Assembly: GCF_001194135.2 (NCBI RefSeq) | Contig: NC_068983.1 | Span: forward strand, 127,099,551 to 127,163,550 | Origin: Octopus bimaculoides | Taxonomy: Eukaryota | DNA: 64,000 bases | Reading direction: 5' to 3' | Part shown: positions 39,772 to 53,275 of the stretch, piece after piece | Numbering within the stretch: the first letter of the stretch is position 1 | How the letters are laid out: each line of letters opens with the position of its first letter | The notes under the pieces: generated by a model | Told to the model about the DNA's origin: nothing | The model's input: only the letters and a program-made list of their open reading frames with translations | The model's database searches: none | Made by a program: the position numbers and the translations under genes

Positions 39772-39938
39772 ACAATCGCCGACCTTCGATGCAAAAAACA
39801 TCCCTTGGCAAATATATGTAACTTTCTCAAGTGAACTTATTCACTGATATCGAAAAAGTGAAGACAAGCAATGTTACATCTCTGAACGTTACATATATTT
39901 GCCAAGGGATGCCTTTTGCATCGAAGGTCGGCGATTGT

Positions 39939-39983
39939 CGTACGCTGAAGAAGGGAAATAACCCAGAAACTCGAGTACGTACG
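39939..39983 (+). ncRNA. Type I hammerhead ribozyme motif, family B, plus-strand copy
   Basis: CGUACG-CUGAAGA-AGGG(AAAUAA)CCCA-GAAAC-UCGA-GUA-CGUACG. Intact core, 6-bp stem I, GUA cleavage triplet (39975-39977). The first stem II pair is an A.A mismatch here but A-U in the other two copies. Confidence 0.8.
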
Positions 39984-40964
39984 TATCGTAGATCAATATA
40001 AGAAAGATAACTTCCCTTGGCAAATACAGACAGGGCACAGATGTGTGTCGATAGCCAGCTGGAGGAGATGCCCTCCTGGGGCTAAAAGCAACAGTAACAT
40101 CCACCCCTCGGGGTCAGCCACATTTAAGAGGCAAATATACTTCACTATATTTCANNNNNNNNNNNNNNNNNNNNNNNNNNNNNNNNNNNNNNNNNNNNNN
40201 NNNNNNNNNNNNNNNNNNNNNNNNNNNNNNNNNNNNNNNNNNNNNNNNNNNNNNNNNNNNNNNNNNNNNNNNNNNNNNNNNNNNNNNNNNNNNNNNNNNN
40301 NNNNNNNNNNNNNNNNNNNNNNNNNNNNNNNNNNNNNNNNNNNNNNNNNNNNNNNNNNNNNNNNNNNNNNNNNNNNNNNNNNNNNNNNNNNNNNNNNNNN
40401 NNNNNNNNNNNNNNNNNNNNNNNNNNNNNNNNNNNNNNNNNNNNNNNNNNNNNNNNNNNNNNNNNNNNNNNNNNNNNNNNNNNNNNNNNNNNNNNNNNNN
40501 NNNNNNNNNNNNNNNNNNNNNNNNNNNNNNNNNNNNNNNNNNNNNNNNNNNNNNNNNNNNNNNNNNNNNNNNNNNNNNNNNNNNNNNNNNNNNNNNNNNN
40601 NNNNNNNNNNNNNNNNNNNNNNNNNNNNNNNNNNNNNNNNNNNNNNNNNNNNNNNNNNNNNNNNNNNNNNNNNNNNNNNNNNNNNNNNNNNNNNNNNNNN
40701 NNNNNNNNNNNNNNNNNNNNNNNNNNNNNNNNNNNNNNNNNNNNNNNNNNNNNNNNNNNNNNNNNNNNNNNNNNNNNNNNNNNNNNNNNNNNNNNNNNNN
40801 NNNNNNNNNNNNNNNNNNNNNNNNNNNNNNNNNNNNNNNNNNNNNNNNNNNNNNNNNNNNNNNNNNNNNNNNNNNNNNNNNNNNNNNNNNNNNNNNNNNN
40901 NNNNNNNNNNNNNNNNNNNNNNNNNNNNNNNNNNNNNNNNNNNNNNNNNNNNNNNNNNNNNNNN

Positions 40965-41011
<47 letters not shown>

Positions 41012-42356
41012 GTGTGTGCTCATATATATATGTATGTTTGCATATGCATGCATTGCATAAAATATAAAACGTAGCGTGCGTGTTTGGAGATATTTGTGTA
41101 CATTGTAATCAGATTTTCTTTCAATGATGTTAGGATTGCCACTGTTCAATACCAAACGCATAATACGCCTAAATATTATGTTCAGCTTTAATTCCATTTA
41201 GTACATTAGTGCTGAATCATAAGTCGTATCAGAAGAATAATGTAAGGGCATTTATAATATGATGAAACTCGCTTTTCAATCAATCAGTGATGTGAATTCA
41301 GTTAAACCTGATGAAAGCAGCAACGCCTGATTTATGTCATATATTATAAGTTTTAACAGACATGAAGCACTTTTGATTTCAGGACTCAAACTGTTACATA
41401 GAATATTTTCGTACAAATGTATCATGGACAATGCAGAGCCGAACATACAAGTAGATCGAAAATAGGGATTATTAGACAGTACTCAGAATCATCGGTCTGT
41501 TATATAAATTCTGCTTGTTGGTAGTGAAAAATATAACGAGGCCTGCACTACTTTCACTTCATATTCTTTTCGATGTTTAGTTGAATTGCTTTACAACGCA
41601 ATTCTGCACTCAACTCTCTCTAGCGTTTTCCGAAATTCAAGTTATATGATGTACTTTTGGGTCATCTTCCAGTGCAAGTTAGATAGATTCAAAATAGTCT
41701 AGGCGTTGTGTTCATCGGTCTTTGTAACTATAGCCGCCTTGCTGGAGATTTTTATATAACTGCTCGCCAGGGAGTTAGTTAATCTTCAGTTCACCACCAC
41801 TCTCAAACACTTTCAATGAGGTCAAATTACAGGTAGATAGGAATATAGACAAACAAAAGAAAATACGGTTAATATATCTTGTGTTCACTGAGTTCTCGGA
41901 ACCACCAGCTAGAGTACATAAATCTGATATTTGTTTGTATAAACTGCTCTTCCAATTATTTTGAAATGTCTTTATAGCTTTCGAATTATAGGAGTAGCAA
42001 TACACCTCTATTGAAACCTGCGTTTACAATATGGTAGAATAGAAATACTAGAAGAAAAATGTCTCTCCTGCAAATAATTTGAACAGCATTTCCTATATTA
42101 TATTAAAGAACATCGAAGAAGATTCTTTGATGAGTGCTTTATATTTTGGAATAGAAGAAAGCGGATCGACCTAGCGCAATATGGCAATAAATTAAAGAAA
42201 ATGGTTTTTTTTTGTATGTGTGTAGAGGGGTATTCTGGAAATTAAGGAAAATCAGATGAGGGGCACGGGCACGTACCAATGCTCAGATTTAGGTCTTGCC
42301 ACCCATCTCATTTTAAAAGTAGTAACCCGATTATATCCAATTGCTACAATCATGCA

Positions 42357-42357
<1 letters not shown>

Positions 42358-42418
<61 letters not shown>

Positions 42419-42731
42419 NNNNNNNNNNNNNNNNNNNNNNNNNNNNNNNNNNNNNNNNNNNNNNNNNNNNNNNNNNNNNNNNNNNNNNNNNNNNNNNNNN
42501 NNNNNNNNNNNNNNNNNNNNNNNNNNNNNNNNNNNNNNNNNNNNNNNNNNNNNNNNNNNNNNNNNNNNNNNNNNNNNNNNNNNNNNNNNNNNNNNNNNNN
42601 NNNNNNNNNNNNNNNNNNNNNNNNNNNNNNNNNNNNNNNNNNNNNNNNNNNNNNNNNNNNNNNNNNNNNNNNNNNNNNNNNNNNNNNNNNNNNNNNNNNN
42701 NNNNNNNNNNNNNNNNNNNNNNNNNNNNNNN

Positions 42732-42775
<44 letters not shown>
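42358..42775. repeat. (GA)n array spanning an assembly gap
   Basis: GA repeats on both sides of N-gap 42419-42731. Confidence 0.9.
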
Positions 42776-42778
<3 letters not shown>

Positions 42779-44479
42779 TGTGTGCGTTTGTGCGTCTGTA
42801 TTTAGACGTATCAGTATGTGTGCACGCATATGTTAAGTCGTTGTCGGTGTTTCACTTTGCCAATTATTGAAATGTCTGAGTAAAGAATGAACGCGTCAAT
42901 GTATAAAAGAAAATATTCGAAAGCACATTGTAATACGATTAGACATTGAGGTGATTCGTTGCCAAATTATCTCTCTAAAAAAATCCGCAACCAATTATCT
43001 GATCAACTGTTATGCCCAGTACACGTGATATAGTTAAAGCTTTTACAGTATTATAGACTAATTAAAAATATTTTTTCAAAATGTATTATGTTTCGTGTGA
43101 TCCTAATGCCTTAAATAAGAATACGCTATTTTAACGAAGCTGTATTTGGCAACTTGCAGAGCATGATAAAATAATGTTGTTGCTTGAGGGTATTCAGCAA
43201 TCTCGATGTTCGTTCGAAATAGTGTTTCCCGGTAATTATAGTTTACATTTGTACGACAGTCATATACAAATATCTTATGGTGACAGGATTTACTTCTTAA
43301 TAGAAGATGTTTCAATAGTTAGTATTTCTACCATCGAAACACCAACTAGATTTGAATAGTCAAGTAACGTGACGTACGCCTTTAATGTCTATCTCGCTAC
43401 AAATTTTACCGTGTAGTTTCTATAGATTTTCATTCAATATTGATTTTCTGGAGTAATCTCATTTCTAAAAACTATGGCTTCAACATCAGAAAGAACCATG
43501 CCATTGGGCGTGTGGATAGGTAGAAGTTGTTATTACGAAGTTGTAAAATATATTTCGTTTTCGTACTAGAATTTGTTTTCAGCAAGGAAATTGAGATTAC
43601 TTTTATAGCTATTTTTAACAACCTCAAAATTTTCATACTCCACAAAGCTCTTATTTATATTTCTTAGAAAAATACAAGTATCATTAGAGGGAGCGTGTAT
43701 TTCGTGGGCATTATGGTATATCTTATCAACTGTATAATTTGGGGGTTTAATATTTCTCATGTTCTGTATATAAATTATTTTGTGTCTGAAGCTACTGTCA
43801 TGTTCTACAGTGTTATAAAAATTTTATCGCACTATTAAATGAATTAAAAAAGAAATCTTGGATATAAGCTTTACTGAAATATCTTCTACGCAAGTTTCTT
43901 ATATGAGCAGTATTCCTAAGCCGATGCCTTTAGAGTTATATTAGAAATTAATGAATACGTCCGCCTCTATTTTGATATACTTGTTTAAATATCAAAATGA
44001 AGTCTCTCGACAGCATTCATTGTTTGATAATTCGTACGTTGTAACGGAATCAGTCGTACGCGATTGTAGACACCGAAATCTCAATGAAAGCATGCCTTCT
44101 GTAATATTTTAAGTATAAAGAATACTATCAAAACCTAAACACCAGCCATGCCATGTTTCATGCCTAAATCTAAAATATATCGATATCATGCATAATCCAT
44201 CAATGAATTATTCTAGAAATATATTATATTAGCATGCTAATAATAGCATGGAATCTCGGGAAGCACAGAATATTTTTCCATAACGTAAACGATTTCTTAT
44301 AAATAATGCAGTATGCTAGGTGTGATTATGAGAACCGATGCAATCTACACTGAATTCTCGCATTTCTACTTTATTTTCTATATTTAGGTTCATTTCTGTG
44401 TAAATTAATATAAAATATAATATAAGTGAAAATTTTAATTATGTTATTATTAGGTGATAGATATCTATCACGTAAGACG

Positions 44480-44585
44480 ACATTACATTTCATCCTTTCG
44501 GGATCGGTAAAATAATATGGGATAGAAATAAAACGACTTAATTCCTCCCCAGAATTTGCTAGCCATGTCCTAAAATTCATAACCA
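44480..44585 (+). mobile_element. SINE family 1 3' fragment
   Basis: TTTCATCCTTTCGGGATCGGTAAAATAA core. Confidence 0.65.
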
Positions 44586-45011
44586 ATATTTAGACTCAAC
44601 CATATTTTCAATATTTCTTTACATTGGTAAAATTTCAAAGTAATATATCTTAAATTTCTAAACCCATAATTGAATATTTTTAATTAAGGTAAAATATACA
44701 ATTAAATTAAATAATGGTTCCAAGTACTTCAACGTTATAATAAACTGTGTAAATCGAAAAATAAATATTTCCTTTACAAACATTATTCCATTCTATATAA
44801 TGATAACGTTTCCTATACCTGGTGCAACGATGGCCAATCCCATTATTTTATTTTCCATTTTTGGGCATATACATTGTCATTGATGTTTATTCGGTAACAC
44901 TTTTTCTGATATTCATTGAGAATGGTCCAATACCAACTGCTGATATTTTCTTTTACACATATTTGTCTTGCTCTTCCCTGAATGTGGCTAATAAGGAAAA
45001 CACCCCCCGCA

Positions 45012-45056
<45 letters not shown>

Positions 45057-45284
45057 AGGTAATCATCAACAATAACATTTCATTAAGAATAACTGTTTCC
45101 TTGTTTTCAGGAATTGAACATATATGCTCAAGAGAGATAGTGAAATATAAGAAATTTTGCAGATGAATTTTGAAGGGTTATTTTTATTCATTGCCTCGTT
45201 GCTTGCCTGCTTAGCATCAGATTTGAAGAACCTTCAACTTATAACAATAAGGATACGCCTCCTCCTCCTCCCCCTCCTTCTGCT

Positions 45285-45315
<31 letters not shown>

Positions 45316-45334
45316 TTGTTGTAAAAGGAATTCT

Positions 45335-45440
45335 TGTGGATGAAAAGATTAATTGCTTATAAATAACATGATTGTAGAGAATTGCAGGAGAAAAAGAAAA
45401 ACCTGAATATGGTATGGATAGAATACAGTAAAGTGTTTGA
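45335..45440 (+). mobile_element. R4/Dong-like LINE RT fragment
   Basis: KD*LLINNMIVENCRRKRKNLNMVWIEYSKVFD matches KDQLLINKMIxENCK..KNLSMAWIDYKKAFD. Confidence 0.75.
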
Positions 45441-45496
<56 letters not shown>

Positions 45497-45532
45497 TTAT
45501 TATTATTGTTATTATTATTATTATTATCATCC

Positions 45533-45626
<94 letters not shown>

Positions 45627-45646
45627 CATTATTATTATTATCATTA

Positions 45647-45699
<53 letters not shown>

Positions 45700-45755
45700 G
45701 TTATTATTATTATTATCATCATCCTTAGTATTATTATTATTATTATTATTATAAT
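45441..45755. repeat. ~315-bp (TTA)n array with TCA/TTG variants
   Basis: Directly visible. Confidence 0.97.
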
Positions 45756-45769
45756 GTGAAAACCAATAT

Positions 45770-46010
45770 AATAAGGTCTGTTTTTTGATTGACAAGCGCA
45801 ATTAACTGTTAACATAGTATCTCGGGAAAGGAATTTGATAAGCTCAGAAAATATAAAGATTTGCTAATCGAAATTGAAAGTCGTGGCATCTCAAGACGGT
45901 CATAGTGCCAGTGATTGTCGGAGCACTTGGACTGATCTAAAAAGGAATATTATCACAGTATTAGTACATATGAGCCAACTAAGGACATATATACCCAATC
46001 ATAAGGCTTC
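45770..46010 (+). mobile_element. R4/Dong-like LINE RLE C-terminal fragment
   Basis: CFLID..KEFDKLRKYKDLLIEIES-WHLKTVIVPVIVGALGLI*KG. Confidence 0.85.
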
Positions 46011-47384
46011 CCAATTAAACAAGTGAGTAGTGACGTGTTGATTGATCAACAAATCATGTCAAATTTCCGGTGAGAGTTAGAAATATCGATGAAATGTAAA
46101 GTTGTTTCGACTCGAAAATATCAATCATGAGGGTGAATAGGAGAATGAGTTTGAAATTAAATATTTAAAGGTGTTTCTATTCTAAACATATCGTTAATCT
46201 TAATGGCCTCGCTAATAAAAAATGATATTGGCAAAACGGATTGCCAGTACCAAAACGGATTGATACTGGCAATCATAAAGATTTATAGAGCATTTATCAA
46301 GCGAGACGCATGCATCGTGGCCCTAAACGTGTTTCGCGATAACTGCAGATATTGCTCTAAAAATTATCCCCATTTACTGTGCTATACTGTTTAGTAGATT
46401 AATAACAACATGACTTATAATTTCTAGCATTACGCATTCATTTATTTGCTTCATCCTGACTAACGCGTTCCAATTAATTATTGCAGATCTAAAAGAATAT
46501 CAACTTTAATTAACGGGGATACTGTTAATCATAGTACATGGAAAAAATACCTTAAGAAGAATCGCAGTTTAGAGAAGGTCTCTGCGAAATAATAGAAGAG
46601 GGAACGCGAAGAAAACTAGGAAAGAAAAGGAAAAGAAAACATTACTATACAGAAGGACATTCAAAAATACATTGGAACAATCAAAACAATTATTCGGATT
46701 ATTAATATTAATATTTATATTATAATGATAATATAATATTATGTTAATACATTAACATATGTCAGTTTGAGCTCTCCATTTTTCTCTTAATATTTGTCTT
46801 TTGTGTATATACACATTTGTATTGTAGAATTTTGTTCAACTATATCAGATATTAAACCAGTTAAACCAATGAAAATTGAATGCTTGCATCCCCATAAGAC
46901 GAGATTATTTCATTGTATTGGATTATATATATAACTCTTTATGGAATGGAATTATTCTGAACTTTCTCTTTGAATTACATGCTTGTTTTACCTTAAATTG
47001 TTTTCATTTGCTAATTTGAAAACAGGTGCAACTCCTCTTTTAAAACTAATTCTCCGCTTAATCGTGAGAGTGTGCTTTGTCAAAGCAAATGATCTTCAGC
47101 ACAGCCACATTGCCCCCCTGTCAATATAGCTATTTCGCATTGTCGGCCTCGATCCTATACTGCATCCCCACAAGAGATATTCAGGGAATATAGAAGAATA
47201 TACACATATAATGATACAAAAGTGTCAAATTTAAAAGTACAAAAAGAATAAAATAAAAAAAACACGGACACCCACCTATACGTGTATGTATGAGTGAGTG
47301 TGTAAGTACGAGTCTGTGTGTCTGCGTGTACGTATGTGTGTGCACGTGTGTATTCATATATGTGTGTGTGTGGGTGTGTGAGTA

Positions 47385-47388
47385 TAAA

Positions 47389-47462
<74 letters not shown>
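47385..47462. repeat. (TA)n array
   Basis: Directly visible. Confidence 0.95.
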
Positions 47463-47464
<2 letters not shown>

Positions 47465-49939
47465 TTTATTCTTTTACTCGTTTTGACGAATCAGCGTGTT
47501 CTCAGATGTGACGGATCAGTTAACGCTCCAGCTAAGTTCGAACTGTATTTTGACTAATGAGTATGTGTCTTAGGCATCATGGTTTGCTGGGTACGTCAAG
47601 GATTCCTTATTTGACCACACGGTTGTATTTTGGAATGTCGTAAACAACATTCCTGCGTTCATTGAATTATAATATTACTTCAAAAATTTTTACATTTCAA
47701 TCGAGTCAATGATTATTTGGTCAACACTACTAACCTTGTCCTATCAATTTTATTATTGTTGTAGTGGCAGTAGCAGTAGCAGCAGTAGTGATAGCAGTAG
47801 TACTTGTCATTATGAACATCTATAGCTGTTAATATAACTGTGTATTTGGAATGGTTATCAATTTAACAATAAAATTCTTTTCTCTGCCTTTCTCACAATC
47901 TGACTTCTGTTGTGTGGATATATATATATGTGGGGGGGGGTGTATGTGTGTTTTTATATATGTGTGTGGGTGTAAATGGATGTATTTATACTTGTGCGTA
48001 TTGTACAGATGCAAAAATGCGAGAGATAGTGAGAGTGACATTTTTTTATTCTGCTTGTTTTTTTGAAAGGTTGCGCTCATATACCTGCAGGCACGTTATA
48101 GGAATTATAGAAACTAACCCATATGTCTGCCTGATTGAATTTCGTTACTGAATTTAAGATATATAGCAGATATATTATGGATCGAGTAAACTCCAGTTTA
48201 ACTCCACGGATGAATAAGTAGAAATATTCATGCATGCTGATTGAAATGTTTCTAGAAATTGACCAACAATATTAAAGACTGAAAATGTATCACCTATTTT
48301 TTACTTTTAGGTACATTACAGATTGCTTGAAATTATTATTCCAAACTAAGTTTGCAAGTTTTAGAAGAGTTCATTTTCTTCTTACAGTTAGTGTTCGAGA
48401 TTTTCAGATTCACACTTAAATATGTTTAGTATTAAACTAAGAATCTGGTCACTTTGATAAAGTTAGCAAAATGTATGAATAATATTTGTTTTTGCATCTG
48501 CAATAATGATGATAGTCATCATCTAAAACATCATGTGCTAATGTGTGTATGTTTGAACTAATCAGGATATAATTAATAATGTCGTTATAAATAGCGATAC
48601 ATTTCTAAGCGTTAACTACACTACTCTTAGCGATTGTGTCAAGTGAATACTATACCAGGACAGTACAAATAATATAAAAATATTTCATCTCAGTTCCTGG
48701 ATTCCATCTTTTGTCATCAAATAAAAAGATGGACTCACACGCATACATTAATATTACCCACACACATGTGCAATGACACAAACTGTATATATTACATTTA
48801 CCCTCAGGATAGCTACTAGTAAACATCTTTTACGTCTGTTTGTTACGCACTTCTGCAAAGAGAATAGACGAGGAGAGAAAAAATAATGGAGAGTGAATAG
48901 TACTAACGTTTCAAGTAGACGGTCACCACTTCTGAAATGCCCGGAGGATGAAGAGGGTGATTGAGGCATGAAGATATTGTTCCCTTCAGAGCTTGCGCGT
49001 GTGTATATTTGTGCATACGTGTGTGCGTTCTTATGGTTTTATGCAACATACTTTTGTGTATATATAAATGTTTATATGTACCTATTGTCTGCGTATATAA
49101 TGCATGTGTTCTGTGTGTATGCTTGAGTGTGTGTTAGTTTCTGTCCCACTGTTCTCAGTTTGTGTTGTGCTTGTATAATGCTATCAGATAATATGTGTAA
49201 ATCTAGTATGTGCTCGTATACAGTTTGTGTTTGTGCGCGTGTAAATGTATACATGAAACCGTATGTCTGTGTGTGAGTTTATCTTACGTATGTATGAGAA
49301 TGTTAAGTGGGTTACACTGGATATACATTTTCGGCTGAATTGTGGCAGCGGTTCTAAGGTTTGGGAAGTGTAGAATTATGCTTTTATACTAACTACTTCA
49401 AGTGTGAAGACGGATATGGAGCGGTGCACACTAATACGTGGTGAGTATGAAGGCGTGACCGTGCGTGTGTGCAGGTACAGGTAAATGCCGTTTGAGCCTA
49501 AATGTTGTGTGTTGTTGAGTAATGAATTGAACGGTGTAGGGTATATGTGTGTGGGGTAGAAGTGGGGATATTCAAACATGCATGTATCTAATAAAACAGA
49601 ATATAGTAATGTGTTGTTTCCTAATCTAATTCATCAGAAAGTTACTTGTCCGCCTCAGCAAGTCATGTATTATTATTTGGCATGGCTGAAAGGAAGACGA
49701 GTGTTTTAAATCCTGCATTTTTGAGGAAATTGTTATAGTTTAAATATGATATATCGACTTAGGCATTACTTATCATATATCAAACACACAGCAAATCACA
49801 ATGATGCAAGACCAGCCAATGAAGTTGTAGCTGCACTACAGCTGTTCAGATGTAGAAAAATTCAAAAGAAGTTTTTCTCAAATAAAGATCTAAAATGCCT
49901 AAAAATTGTCACTCATTTTCGGAATTAGCAATTTGTTTC

Positions 49940-50250
49940 ACATCAATCTACGCCTTGCAAAGGATACATTGGTCTAACACACTCTGCAAGGTTTTGTCAT
50001 CCAACAAACTGGCAGTGGAAGTTTTCAGCACTAATGAAAATAATCTTTGACAACTTAATTCTTCTGTGAGTGCACCATCGTCGCATGTGCTTACGAAGTT
50101 CTCTCAACTAAAAATCCACATTAGTGAGAACCTGTGCGCTGTTTCTTCCACAGCTTTCTCCTTTTATAAATAACTGATGTACCTGCCGTTACATCGAACA
50201 ATGCCTATGCGTATGCAGATAACTCGACATTTCATCGCGCGTTACTTTTT
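49940..50250 (+). mobile_element. Decayed CR1/L2-like LINE RT fragment
   Basis: FLLFIN-(fs)-DVPAVTSNNAYAYADNSTFH corresponds to LFLLFINDL..YADDSTLH. Confidence 0.55.
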
Positions 50251-52399
50251 CCTCATTCATATGATAAATTTCACCGGGTACGAATAATATTTCTAAATTT
50301 TCACCGGGTAAAATATATATTTGTACACTTTCCATATCTCGTGTTTGTTCTATCAACGCTCTTTATATCGCTGCACCAAAATCAAAATAACGTACGCAAT
50401 CGATTGTGTTGGATTGGATTGGAATTTTAAGACAAAAAATGTAACGTTACGAGAATTGCTCTTTGTTCTTCAGAAAGCAGAAAGAGAAAACATGTCTGGA
50501 GGAAGGGAAAACATACCGAGAAAGGCACGTGGTAATTATTGAGAAATGACTGATGGTTGTTTCTCTGTTTATGATGAACAACCTTCTATGGTGATTTTGG
50601 GGAGAATAATACGTGCTGTTCATCTCTCGCTCGTACTCAAATCAACATTGCTTGTACAGGTATTCGGTGTGCCTCAAGTGTACGACCACATGAAATGAAT
50701 TGGTTTTCGCGAAGAAAACAACCCACCTTTCCGTCTAGAAATCAAAACCACAATCATGCGTTCATAAATGTAAGACACTCACCACTAGGCCACGCTCCTT
50801 CATACACCCACACACTAACCCGCGCGTACGAATCCACCTATCACTACATATCTTTTACATTACTCTGTACATAGACGTATGCATAAACAGACCTGAGGAA
50901 ATGTACTTCGTGGTTCCAGGTGAGTTCATGTGTTTGGTGACAGTGAATATTGAATATATTGCTTCTGAAAGATTCAAGCTGGGGGCAAACATTCAAGTGA
51001 CGCAAAATAAAGAATATACATAGTTAATTTAAAATGAGCAGCCCANNNNNNNNNNTATATATATATATATATATATATGCACACATACTCACACACGTAC
51101 AGCCACTTAGCTTGCATTATGCGTGCAAGACACGCACTGTTTACAAGAAGAAATCTCATCTTAGTACAATCAGAAGGGAATACAGTTTACCACGTAGCAT
51201 TGTTGTATGCAAATGATTTATATTCATGGGAAGTTGTAAAATCATTGAATATTTATATATTGAGCGTAGTTTGTGTAGACACGTTGCGTCTGTATAGGAT
51301 CTGCTTGGAACAAAAGCAATGAATTGTTGTATTTGGAGAGAATGTTCATCGTTTGGCTTAAAAGAGTTTTGCTATAATTTTGTATTTCATGTTTTTACAT
51401 TATTTATAACGCTACGTACACAAAAGCTTTTTGCACTGAAACGAAGGAACAACAATAAAGAAGTATCCGTTTTTAATTGAAATGCAATGATAAAATATGA
51501 ATGGAATCACTATTTTTCCTATATTTCGATCGGCTGGCGATATTTTTCGTTTATTCTTTCTTTCTTTTCCGTGGGTGAATATAAATTCGTATAGAGCAAA
51601 CGTAATGATGGCAAAGCTGAATTAACAGCGGGTATAAAGAAGGAGCGGTTATTTGCAGTCAATTCATCAACACCATTATTTTTGTCTTATTTTCATTATA
51701 TTTTTGTTGTCCAATGCTAAAACGCATTCTACTATATCAATAATGAACGACATTGTACAAAATGCATGTACCGGTCACGATATTTTTCTCTATATTATAC
51801 CTGTTAAAATCTCGATCACTATTAAAATTTGGTTTGTATACAAACATCATTGCATGATGAGAGAGAGAGAGAGAGTGTGGAAAGGGAGTAGCAGAAGGCT
51901 GAAACAGACAGACAGAGAGTTTTATGCAACTTTTATGCCATTTCCCAGGAAAGAGGCTAAAAACATTAATGACAACATTACTACAACTTAATTAATGATT
52001 GTTTTATATATAAATCTCTATTGATTGAATATATTATCTTCGCTTACGGCACTACATTCATCAACGAAATCGTTCTAGCAGTGAATTCTTAACAAATGAC
52101 ATCTAAGTGATGTAAACGACAATCGATGTAGCCGTTCCTATCCAGAGAAAGATGGGATTGAACAGGGTTGAAAATGTTAATTATTCATCTTCACAATTTC
52201 TGTTGGCCAATGAACAACTACTTAAGTAATTTGTTGTGTATTTTGTAAGTAAAAGAAGATGAAGGATTAACTATTCAGGCGAATTATTCAATCTGAGGAT
52301 TATGAGTGGATTTTTTATTGCCGGCAATGCTAGGAGAGATATGCACAGATTTCGAATCGAGTGAAAATTTGTGAATCGATAATGCGTAGCCTAAGGTTT

Positions 52400-53275
52400 T
52401 TTTACTTCCAGGGTCAGTCCCACTGCACGGCACTTTAGGTTGTCTTCTACTATATAGCTTAAGGTCAACCACAATGTTATGAGTGTATCTAGTAGGTGGA
52501 AACTGAAGGAAACCCGTTGTATATATCTATTGTTGTATTTTGGAACAGTGTTCCTTTTTTTTTTAATTAACAAACGTGTGTTTATTTGATTTATTTGGCA
52601 CAAAAATATAGAAAATGACCATCCGAAAATACAACACAAATTATATATAAGGGTAAACACTGATATATAAATATAATANNNNNNNNNNNNNNNNNNNNNN
52701 NNNNNNNNNNNNNNNNNNNNNNNNNNNNNNNNNNNNNNNNNNNNNNNNNNNNNNNNNNNNNNNNNNNNNNNNNNNNNNNNNNNNNNNNNNNNNNNNNNNN
52801 NNNNNNNNNNNNNNNNNNNNNNNNNNNNNNNNNNNNNNNNNNNNNNNNNNNNNNNNNNNNNNNNNNNNNNNNNNNNNNNNNNNNNNNNNNNNNNNNNNNN
52901 NNNNNNNNNNNNNNNNNNNNNNNNNNNNNNNNNNNNNNNNNNNNNNNNNNNNNNNNNNNNNNNNNNNNNNNNNNNNNNNNNNNNNNNNNNNNNNNNNNNN
53001 NNNNNNNNNNNNNNNNNNNNNNNNNNNNNNNNNNNNNNATATATATATATATATATATACCTCTGTGTATGTATTTCTTTGTGTGTGTGTGTATATATAT
53101 GCGTGTGTGCGTGTATGTCCCCAACCACTGCTTGATACCGATGTTGTTGAGTTTGTGTTCCCGTAATTAGCGTTTCATTGAAACAGACCAACAGAATAAG
53201 AGCCAAATTCCAATCAACCCACTACAAATACTTTAACGTGGTGTCTCGGTATTTCCGCAGTCAAATGACAGACAA
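52400..53275 (+). mobile_element. SINE family 2 copy spanning a gap
   Basis: GGGTCAGTCCCACTGCACGGCAC..GTCTTCTACTATA..GGAAACTGAAG, and after the gap GCTTGATACCGATG..CCCGTAATTAGCG..GCAGTCAAATGAC. Extra sequence between the parts makes continuity uncertain. Confidence 0.7.

Larger units (their letters stand above)
39669..40041. repeat. Inverted duplication: 154-bp arms (39669-39822, 39888-40041), 65-bp spacer, 10 mismatches
   Basis: Manual alignment of the left arm to the reverse complement of the right arm gives 144/154 identity with no indels. The left arm starts at the edge of a 100-N gap. Confidence 0.95.

Noticed and set aside
50265-50312. Direct repeat TTTCACCGGGTA x2
   Set aside because: Short local duplication at a LINE fragment edge with no further structure.
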